64,000 nt of DNA from the NCBI GenBank assembly GCA_963712895.1, contig CAVQJR010000011.1, positions 4,588 to 68,587 of the forward strand. The letters are read 5' to 3'. Numbering within the stretch: the first letter of the stretch is position 1; the number at the start of each line of letters is the position of its first letter. A program made the position numbers and the translations under genes. Under the pieces are notes generated by a model. It was not told the DNA's origin. It saw nothing but the letters and a program-made list of their open reading frames with translations, and did no database searches. The DNA is from an uncultured delta proteobacterium (GTDB lineage Bacteria; Desulfobacterota; Syntrophobacteria; Syntrophobacterales; Syntrophobacteraceae). This document shows positions 49,669-57,499 of the stretch, piece after piece.

Positions 49669-51132
49669 ATGTACGTTAGAAACCTCAATATACTTCTTGC
49701 CGAGTGGATCAAGGTGCCCGTCGACGGGCTGCCTCCCATGCTCGACAGGAAACTGCACGAACGGCTGGTGTTCACCAACCCCGATTACGAACAGCGCCAT
49801 AACCGCGGCGAATGGATAGGCAATATACCCGCACAGATAAGCTGTATCAAGCAGAGAGGACGCAGCTACCTGATTCCACGCGGTTTTCTCGGCCAGTTCC
49901 TGGATTTGTGCAAGAAGTTCCAGGTGCCTTACAAGATAGCGGACAGAAGGCGCTACCTGGAACCGATCCCCATCGAATTTCACGGGGAACTGAAAAGCTA
50001 CCAGCAGGATGCGGCCGAAGCCGTGCTCGAACACGATTGCGGCACCCTGGTGGGCGGCCACAAGAGCGGGAAGACGGTAATCGCGCTCTACACGATAGCC
50101 CAGAGGCGCCAGCCTGTCCTCATAATGATCCCCAAAATCGACCTGCTCGAAGGATGGCTCCGGAAAATCGAAAGCTTTCTCCAGATACCGCGCTCCGATG
50201 TGGGCATTTTTTCCGGAGGGGTTCACAGGGTCGGAAAGCAGATAACCATCGGCCACACCGGCGAGGTAATGCACTACTGGAGAAGCGTGTCGGACAAGGT
50301 CGGCTACGTCATAGTCGACGAGTCCCAGCGCTCGCCGTCCAAGGTATTGACAAACCTGATACCGAACTTCGACTGCCGCTACATTCTGGGGCTGTCCAAC
50401 ACGCTCGAACGGCGGGACCGCCTGTTCAAGCTCATCTACTATTACCTGGGCGAGGTGGTTTACACGATAAACGAACGGGACGCCAGGGAAGGGCGGGGAA
50501 TAATTCCCGGCAAGGTGATAGCGCGCCCCACCCAGTTCACGTACCCTTATAATTCCAGGGCCGATTACATGGCGATGATCCGGGAATTGATGCTCGATGA
50601 GGACAGGAACCGGATCATAGCCGACGACATCCAGGCCGAGCTGGAAAAAGGAGAAAAGCCGCTCCTCATCCTTTCCGGAGACGACGACCAGGAGGAGGCC
50701 CTCAAGGAGGAACTGGGCCGGCGGGGCATCGAGGCGGAATCTTTCAGCCGGTTTCTGCCCGGCCACCAGAAAGACGATGAAGACGGTTCCGGGAACCACC
50801 CTGCGCTGCCCCCGGGATTTGCGATGAAGAAGATAGCGGTGCTGTTGCTCTCGCCGCGCAACCTGGCCAGTTATTCCCAGGAGATCAAAGCGAATGTGAT
50901 CTTTCTCGCCGCTCCGGTCTATTTCCAAAAACCCCTGGCCGCCGCCATACGGGATGTAAGCCAGGATGGAGATTCGTCCGGTGTTCGCCTGAGAATTTAC
51001 GATTACGTGGACACCAGGGTGGGAATCCTGGACAACTATTTCCGCATGCGAAGCTACAATTACGGCGTTCATCCCGACGCGCTGCTCAGTCCGGGAGAAG
51101 AAGACAACTCTTTCCAGTCCGCCGCCAAATGA
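49669..51132 (+). CDS. Superfamily 2 helicase-like protein (ResIII/COG1061-like core)
   Basis: LKSYQQDA, Walker A GGHKSGKT, motif II YVIVDESQ, and motif III GLSNTLER. The C-terminal RecA-like half appears divergent. The antisense ORF 49663..51225 is a shadow. Confidence 0.8.
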   Translation: MYVRNLNILLAEWIKVPVDGLPPMLDRKLHERLVFTNPDYEQRHNRGEWIGNIPAQISCIKQRGRSYLIPRGFLGQFLDLCKKFQVPYKIADRRRYLEPIPIEFHGELKSYQQDAAEAVLEHDCGTLVGGHKSGKTVIALYTIAQRRQPVLIMIPKIDLLEGWLRKIESFLQIPRSDVGIFSGGVHRVGKQITIGHTGEVMHYWRSVSDKVGYVIVDESQRSPSKVLTNLIPNFDCRYILGLSNTLERRDRLFKLIYYYLGEVVYTINERDAREGRGIIPGKVIARPTQFTYPYNSRADYMAMIRELMLDEDRNRIIADDIQAELEKGEKPLLILSGDDDQEEALKEELGRRGIEAESFSRFLPGHQKDDEDGSGNHPALPPGFAMKKIAVLLLSPRNLASYSQEIKANVIFLAAPVYFQKPLAAAIRDVSQDGDSSGVRLRIYDYVDTRVGILDNYFRMRSYNYGVHPDALLSPGEEDNSFQSAAK

Positions 51133-51145
51133 GTTCCAGCCGGAT

Positions 51146-51934
51146 ATGCCGAAACCGCTGGCAGCAATCGCACCGTTTCTAACGTCGTGCCCGGAAGTCA
51201 CAACCCTGGGGGTGCGCGCCGCCATCGCGGACTATGCCCCCGCCGAAAGGCAACTGCTCGCTTCCGCCCGCCGGATATTTTTTCCGACCCCAAGGTTTGC
51301 CAAAATATTCGAAGCCGCCGGGAAAGACGTTTTCCCGAGCGCCTTCACCTACCGGCTGCGCAAGTCCCGGCTGGTCCAGGAGACTTTTTTCCAGCTCTGC
51401 GGGGCGGAAGCGCCGGACGGCGGTCCCTCATTACCCCACCCCCGCACCCGCATCTACTTCGGCCGGCAAAAACAGTCGATCCGCTCGGATTTTGCCTTTC
51501 CCTTCGCCACGATGGGACCGGCGGCCTCCGACGGCGTAAGGGTTGTCGGAAACGACGCCGAACTATCCGATGAGGCCCGCCGGTACAACCCTTTGATAGT
51601 ACAGGAGATATGCCCGTTCGAAGCACGGGTCCTGCTGGTGTTCGTCAATTATCGGTGCATCGCCGCCATCAGGCCCGGCCCCGGCAAGAATCCGCCCGGC
51701 TTCCTTGATTCCGCCATCGCCGCAAGGCCTGGCCTGGATGTTTTTACGGCGCGCCTTTCGCGGCTGCTGCGTTTTTTCCGCATCGGCGATATCGGCGTCG
51801 AAGCCCTGCAGGGCAGGGATTCCGGCTGGCTGGCGGCGGCAATGTCAAGGCCCCCGGTTCGCTGGCAATCCCCGTGCGGCACGTTTAACCGGCACCGCAT
51901 CATCGCGGGCCTGATCGAAAAAAAGGAAATTTAA
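51146..51934 (+). CDS. Hypothetical protein, possibly a degenerate ATP-grasp fold
   Basis: It starts 13 nt after the helicase stop. The segment NPLIVQEICPFEARVLLVFVNYRCIAAIR resembles the ATP-grasp central strand pattern. The fold assignment is weak. Confidence 0.5.
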   Translation: MPKPLAAIAPFLTSCPEVTTLGVRAAIADYAPAERQLLASARRIFFPTPRFAKIFEAAGKDVFPSAFTYRLRKSRLVQETFFQLCGAEAPDGGPSLPHPRTRIYFGRQKQSIRSDFAFPFATMGPAASDGVRVVGNDAELSDEARRYNPLIVQEICPFEARVLLVFVNYRCIAAIRPGPGKNPPGFLDSAIAARPGLDVFTARLSRLLRFFRIGDIGVEALQGRDSGWLAAAMSRPPVRWQSPCGTFNRHRIIAGLIEKKEI

Positions 51935-52045
51935 CGCCCGCCGCGCCATCGCCTGCTTCCTCCCCCCTGGAATTCGCCTCTACCTGTCGTTACAATTATG
52001 TCCATCCCCTTTTACCGGGAAGTGAATAACGAAAGGACTGATCCG

Positions 52046-54784
52046 ATGCTCAAGAGGTTTCAAGCCGTTTTTGCGATAGTCGTCCTGTTCGCCGCCGCGG
52101 TTTTCGCTCAGGCACCGCCCGCCGATGCCGAAATGCAATGTCCCCAGGTTCCCCCGCAATTGCGCCAATCCGTGCAGAGGACCCTGGCCTCCAAGCCCGA
52201 AGACCTGTTCGTGGTGCTCAAAAACGGCCTGACGCTTCTCGTGCACCAACAGCCGGGCGCCGAGGTGGTTTCGGCCCAGGTTTTCGTTCGCGCGGGCTCC
52301 ATGCTGGAAGGAAAGTATCTCAGCGCCGGCCTGTCCCACTACCTTGAACACGTGGTTGCCGGAGGTTCGACCCGATCCTTTACCGAGGACCAGGCCAAGG
52401 AACGCATCAAGGCCATGGGAGGCTCCACCAACGCCTACACCACCTACGACAAGACCGTCTATTATATCAACACGGGGACCGAGCACTGGAAGGACGCCCT
52501 GGATATATTGCTTTCCTACGTTTCCGAAAACCTTCTCGACCCCGGTGAGGTGGCGCGGGAAAAATCGGTAATTCAGCAGGAAATGAAAATGGGTGAAGCC
52601 AATGCGGCCAACGAACTCTGGAGGCTGTTCGTCCAGACCGCCTACCAGGTCAGTCCCGTTAGAATCCCGGTGATCGGATACGAGCAGGTCTTCGTCAGGC
52701 AGACCAGGCAGGACCTTCAGGATTATTACAATAAGCGCTACCAGCCTGAAAACATGGTCGTCGTTCTGGCCGGCAACATTCAGCCGGCCGAAGTGCTGAA
52801 ATTCGTAGTCGATAAGACCGCCGACTTCCTGCCCGGCCCCACCGATTCCGCGCCGGTAACCGAAGAGCCTCTCCAGACCACGCCGCGCTGGAACGAGAAG
52901 GAATTGCCCATAACGAGGCTCGTCCAGGCAAAAATAGGGTTTCCCACGGTAAACGCTTACAACAAGGACGCCTACGCTCTCGATGTCCTGGCGAACCTGC
53001 TGGGCGAGGGGGAAACCTGCCGCCTGTACTGCCGGTTGAAGGACCAGGAAAAAAAGGTCTACGCGATCGGGGCCGCACACTGGTCTCCGGCCTACGTGCG
53101 CGGCCAGTTCATCATCTCCGTTTCGCTCTCCCCTTCGCAATGGCCGGGAGCACTCAAGGATATCGAGGAAGAAATCAAGGGATTTCAGACTTCGACGGTG
53201 AGCGGCCCCGAACTGGCCAAGTCCAAAAAGACGGCCGTGGCGCACCATATCTTCGCCAAGGAATCGGTTTCCGCGATGGCTGCTTCTCTTGCGTCCTCGT
53301 ACCTGATCTCCGGGGACCCGTACTTCGATGAGGAATACGTGGACGGGATTCGCACGGTCACCGCCGAAGATGTCCGGCGCGTCGCCGAGCAGTATCTTGT
53401 CCCCGAGCACATGAACGTGGCGGTGATAAAGCCCCCGTCCGCCGAACCCCCGGCGGTCCAGGCCGCCGCCGCCGCATGCCCGGTCCCGGCAATCTCGCCG
53501 GTTGAATTCGAAAAGTTGCCCGACGGGCTCAGAACTCTGGTCAAACAGGATACCGCTCTACCCTTTGTCACGATGCACATTTACGGCAAAGGCGGGGTTT
53601 CCCTGGAAGATTTTAACCGGCCGGGAATCTCGGCGTTTACGGCCTCGCTTCTAACCGCGGGCACCACCACCCGGACCAAAATGCAAATCCTGAGGGCGGT
53701 GGAGGACGCCGGAGGGTTGATCGATGCCAGGTCCGACAACAACACTTACCACATCTCGATCAAGGTGCTGAAGGAGGACTTCAACTGGGCGATCGACCTT
53801 CTCGCCGACCTGGTGCAAAACTCCAGCTTTCCGCCCGAGGAAATCGAAAAACAGCGCCAGGATACGCTCATCGCCATAAAACGCTCCGATGAAAACTGGC
53901 AAAACGAGGTGCTGCGGCTGTTCAAAAAGAATTATTTCCACAAAACCAATTACGTAAACGACCGCCTGGGTACCGCCGAATCGGTCAAGGCCCTGACGCG
54001 CGACGACCTGCTCGCTTTCTACAAGAAAATGGTCAATCCCACCCATTCGGTCCTGGCGGTCTACGGGGATATCGATCCGGCAGCCGTTAAGGCCGCCATA
54101 GCGGAAAAATTCGGCAAGTGGTCCGGGCAGCCGGTGCAGGTCAACCTGCCGGATGAAAGACGCCCGATAAGCAAGACGGGGGTTGTCGAAATCAAAAACG
54201 AAAAGAACAGCGCGGCCCTCTATATCGGCACCAACGGGATGGCCGTGACCGATCCGCAGCGGCCCGTACTGGATGTTTTGACCGGTATCCTTTCCGGAGG
54301 GGGCGTGACCGGGAGAATGTTCGAAGCCCTCAGGGGCGGCGAAGAAAACCTGGTCTATACCGTATTCGCGTTTCCCTTCTACGGTGAAAACGCCGGGTTT
54401 TTCGGGGTGATGACCCAGACCACGATGGGAAACCTGGACAAGGTCCAGCAGATTATCATGGCAAACCTGAAGAAACTGGCCACCGAACCGGTATCGCAGG
54501 CGGAACTGGACAAGTCGCGTGAAACGATGCTCGTGGCACAGAAGCTTGCCAGGCAGAGCCTGGACAGCCAGGCTTCCAGCGCTGCCCTGAACGAAGTGCT
54601 CGGGCTCGGGTGGGACTACGACCGGCGCTACCCCGAACTTATCGATGCGGTGACACCGGCGCAGATAGAGGAACTCGCCCGGAAGCTGTTCGCCCACACC
54701 CTTACGGCAAAGACCCTGCCCAACCACCCCGTGGAGATCCTGGCGACACCAGCCGCCAGGCCCCACAGCGACGTGCGGATGTAG
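52046..54784 (+). CDS. Secreted M16-family zinc peptidase (two tandem M16 units)
   Basis: Signal peptide MLKRFQAVFAIVVLFAAAVFAQA, the inverted zinc motif HYLEH, and a duplicated peptidase_M16 / M16_C architecture. GAAAGGA lies upstream of ATG 52046. Confidence 0.9.
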   Translation: MLKRFQAVFAIVVLFAAAVFAQAPPADAEMQCPQVPPQLRQSVQRTLASKPEDLFVVLKNGLTLLVHQQPGAEVVSAQVFVRAGSMLEGKYLSAGLSHYLEHVVAGGSTRSFTEDQAKERIKAMGGSTNAYTTYDKTVYYINTGTEHWKDALDILLSYVSENLLDPGEVAREKSVIQQEMKMGEANAANELWRLFVQTAYQVSPVRIPVIGYEQVFVRQTRQDLQDYYNKRYQPENMVVVLAGNIQPAEVLKFVVDKTADFLPGPTDSAPVTEEPLQTTPRWNEKELPITRLVQAKIGFPTVNAYNKDAYALDVLANLLGEGETCRLYCRLKDQEKKVYAIGAAHWSPAYVRGQFIISVSLSPSQWPGALKDIEEEIKGFQTSTVSGPELAKSKKTAVAHHIFAKESVSAMAASLASSYLISGDPYFDEEYVDGIRTVTAEDVRRVAEQYLVPEHMNVAVIKPPSAEPPAVQAAAAACPVPAISPVEFEKLPDGLRTLVKQDTALPFVTMHIYGKGGVSLEDFNRPGISAFTASLLTAGTTTRTKMQILRAVEDAGGLIDARSDNNTYHISIKVLKEDFNWAIDLLADLVQNSSFPPEEIEKQRQDTLIAIKRSDENWQNEVLRLFKKNYFHKTNYVNDRLGTAESVKALTRDDLLAFYKKMVNPTHSVLAVYGDIDPAAVKAAIAEKFGKWSGQPVQVNLPDERRPISKTGVVEIKNEKNSAALYIGTNGMAVTDPQRPVLDVLTGILSGGGVTGRMFEALRGGEENLVYTVFAFPFYGENAGFFGVMTQTTMGNLDKVQQIIMANLKKLATEPVSQAELDKSRETMLVAQKLARQSLDSQASSAALNEVLGLGWDYDRRYPELIDAVTPAQIEELARKLFAHTLTAKTLPNHPVEILATPAARPHSDVRM

Positions 54785-54798
54785 CGGGGGCTTGAGGG

Positions 54799-54880
54799 CT
54801 GGATGCTCGATGGTGGATGCTGGATGCTGGATGGTAAGCCTGGATGCTCGATGGTGGATGGTCGATGGTCGATGGTGGAC
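54799..54880. repeat. TGGATGC / GATGGTC short tandem repeat tract
   Basis: CTGGATGCTCGATGGTGGATGCTGGATGCTGGATGGTAAGCCTGGATGCTCGATGGTGGATGGTCGATGGTCGATGGTGGAC begins 14 nt after the peptidase stop. Confidence 0.8.
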
Positions 54881-55083
54881 AGGGCAAAGCCCTTGCCCAC
54901 CATAGCGTCACCCCGGCAGCGCCTCTGGGCCGGGGTCCAGTGTCTTTCGCTGGTTCCCAAGCTCCGGCTTGGGAACCGGTCTTGCCCCAATGGGGCTCAA
55001 TTCGGTCCGGTCCGGCGCGTAGAGCTGCCCTGGTCACATGCCCCCCACGAGTCACCGCCCGGAAGAACGCTGCAGGCCTTATA

Positions 55084-55203
55084 CCAGTTTGCGTCCAAGA
55101 TCGTTCGTCCTGAGGTATCGAAGGGCGGACGATCCACCCGTTCATGCTTCGATACCTCAGCACGAACGGGACCAAGTTCAGTTCAATCTTGAACACAAAT
55201 TGG
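55084..55203 (+). repeat. H-family MITE variant (TA-flanked, 22-bp hairpin of unrelated sequence)
   Basis: The termini CCAGTTTGCGTCCAAGAT and ATCTTGAACACAAATTGG form an 18-bp TIR. TA at 55082-55083 and 55204-55205. The stem pairs 55102-55123 with 55147-55168 with one mismatch. Confidence 0.85.
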
Positions 55204-55490
55204 TATTAATTACATTTTCGCCAGTGTTTCGAAACGGGGGGCTTACCACCACGGCGCTGCGCGGCTACTCACCTTAATGACGTTCTGCCCGCGCATCCCC
55301 CTCTCCGAATGAGAATCTAATCTCCAGATATGTTTTGAAGAACTTGTGAATTCCCAGTGCTTCGATTTTGAAGAGGAGAGGAATTCCTTTCATTGCCCAA
55401 GGCTCCACAAATGAAACCAGCCGGGACGTTTCCGACATCAAATCCAGGCCGGGAACTTGTTGATTGTAGCCTATGGAAGTCCTTTTCATA

Positions 55491-56613
55491 CCAACTTGCG
55501 TGCAAGATTGAACTATAGTAATATGCAACCCACCACTCAGGAGGAGGTTGCCAATGCCAAAGAAAACGAAAGTATCCGGCGAGGTGCTTCAATTGGCTAT
55601 GGAAGCTGCTGAGAAAGCTAAAACTTCCGATGACCTCAGAGCTGCTCAAGCTGTATTGATCCCTGGCCTTCTCGACATCCCTGACCGCATCACCGGGAAA
55701 ATCATCGGCCGCTCCCGTGTAACAGTAGTCCAACTGCGGAAGAAATTCAGCATGGCTAAACAAGCGCAAAACCGCAACTGGGGCGGTTGCCGCTCCGGCT
55801 ATATGACTGTTGAGCAAGAACGCCAATTCCTCTCGGAATTCTTGGACCGGGCTGCACATGGCCGTATTTTGGTTGTAAGTAAGATTCAGCAGGCATTTGA
55901 GGCCAAAGTGGGGCGCAAGGTAGCCCAAACCACTATATACCGGATGCTGGACCGGCATGATTGGCGAACGATCATTCCCGGACCCCGCCATCCTAAAAGC
56001 AGCGCAGAGGCCCAGGAGGGCTTTAAAAAAACTCCCGAAAACAGTGGCTAAATGCGCCAAGGCACTTGCTCCGCTCAGAGTACGTTTGCGGTTGATGCTT
56101 CAAGATGAGGGCCGCTTTGGAAGAATCAGCACCCCTCAACGTTGCTGGGCGCCACGCGGAGTTCGCCCCTGTGTTCCAAGCCAGATCGTGCGCGAGTACA
56201 CCTATGCATATGCTGCCGTATCGCCTCATGACGGAACAATGGATTCGTTGATTCTTCCTCAGGTTAACGAGCAGGCAATGTCCATCTTTTTACGTGAAGT
56301 AAGCAACCGACATCCGGATGAGTTCATTCTGATGGTAATGGACGGCGCCGGATGGCATAAAGCCAAGGCGCTCAGTGTGCCCACAAACATGGCGCTGATC
56401 TTTCTTCCACCATATAGTCCAGAACTCAATCCGGTAGAGCATATTTCGGATCACTTCCGCGAGGACGGCTTCCGAATCAAGGCTTTTAATAGCATCGAGG
56501 CCGTGGAGGATCAGTTGATGCAGTCCTTGGAAGCCCTCGAAATGAACCCGGCGTTAGTGGCAAGCATGACGGGCTTTCCTTGGATCGTTAGTATGAACTT
56601 GCACGCAAAATAG
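55491..56613 (+). mobile_element. IS630-family insertion sequence (1123 bp) with TA target duplication
   Basis: The left end CCAACTTGCGTGCAAGAT matches the reverse complement of the right end, CTATTTTGCGTGCAAGTT, at 14 of 18 positions. TA at 55489-55490 and 56614-55615 corrected to 56614-56615. The transposase stop lies inside the right IR. Confidence 0.85.
55554..56613 (+). CDS. IS630-family DDE transposase, made from two frames by a probable -1 frameshift
   Basis: orfA (HTH, ends 56051) and orfB (DDE: ...MLQDEGRFG...MVMDGAGWH...PPYSPELNPVEH) overlap. An A7 run at 56025-56031 (TTT AAA AAA A) lies in the overlap. Confidence 0.8.
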
Positions 56614-56703
56614 TAGCAACCACCGGGTAGGGTCGGGCATAAATTCACCTGCCCACCGGAATTTTCATGTATTAATCTAAAATGCCAGTGGGATTCGCGG
56701 ACA

Positions 56704-56790
56704 AGAACTGTACCGTGGCCATAATTTACGAATTCCTCTTGTGCTTCGCACCCGGATTGACGAGCTATCAGTGCAACCACGCGGGAACAA
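56704..56790. repeat. Left ~85-bp inverted repeat bounding the LexA-MTase cassette
   Basis: Its reverse complement aligns with 61283-61367. The perfect 51-bp core is GGTTGCACTGATAGCTCGTCAATCCGGGTGCGAAGCACAAGAGGAATTCGT. Confidence 0.9.
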
Positions 56791-56802
56791 GGGATATCCC
56801 CA

Positions 56803-57499
56803 CTACCGAATGAGCAGCCATAGGTGAGATATGCTTATGGGACATGCTGAGCCTCGGTATTCAGGCCAGAGAAAATCCCTTCTGTGGCTTGAACGATAGA
56901 TCGCATGTTCATCAATCGCGGAATGCTCAATTGGTTTCAGAATGGCTTTATTTTTGACATCATCAAGGATGAAAGCAAGCTGTGCGAAAGAGTACCCTTC
57001 CTTTGCGTATCCGCCATAAGCGCGTCCTGCATGGCCCATGCATAATCTCCATTGACGAAGCGGACTAAGCCCTTATTGCAGTAGCAGGACGAGATGGTGT
57101 GTTTAGGATCGATCGGTTTCACTCCACAAAGAGACCATCTTGATCGCTGAGAATCGGCAAGTTTCCTCGTCTTAATTTGAAGAAGAAGTCCGGCATCTTA
57201 TCGGGGTGCTTTTTGTCAAAATTTGTGATCTTTTGATCCCTGCTCACTCTGCCGAACAACTCATTGTTAAATCCATTGATTTCGCCGCTCTTTCGCAAAC
57301 GGTTTTCGATTATTTCGACCAGAATTTGTGTAACGGTATCTTCGTCAGCCAATTGCATATTAAAGCCGGTGGGAGGGGTTTCTTCGAGCAACTGCCAAGC
57401 CCTCCTGATAACCTTGGTGAGGAGCAGGATAGTACGCTCTGGAATTGGCGGGTGCGGCAAGGTGAATTCCACACCACGAGTGAAAAAGCCGATGGGCAT
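56803..57499 (-). pseudogene. Frameshifted small ORF with a possible PD-(D/E)xK nuclease motif
   Basis: Three successive minus-strand ORF pieces lie in different frames (57119..57499, 56937..57122, 56803..57039). The ATG overlaps the MTase stop (TGATG, 57497-57501). Repairing a 1-nt shift at ~57119 gives ...KMPDFFFKL-x-DGLFVE-x-KPID. Confidence 0.6.

Noticed and set aside
49663-51225. 520-aa minus-strand ORF opposite the helicase gene
   Set aside because: The plus-strand frame carries Walker A, DESQ and motif III in the correct order. The minus frame has no recognisable features.
51980-54766. Minus-strand ORFs 51980..53410 and 53651..54766 opposite the M16 peptidase
   Set aside because: They are antisense shadows. 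The plus frame has a signal peptide and the HxxEH motif.
55274-56060. Minus-strand ORFs 55274..55528 and 55317..56060 next to and across the IS630 element
   Set aside because: The longer one is antisense to the transposase. The shorter one spans the IS end and flanking DNA and has no recognisable family.
56511-56780. ORFs reading outward from the cassette inverted repeats (56511..56780 and 61282..61494)
   Set aside because: Each starts inside a repeat copy, they use different frames, and they run into the IS630 end or a terminator. They are most likely repeat-derived artefacts.
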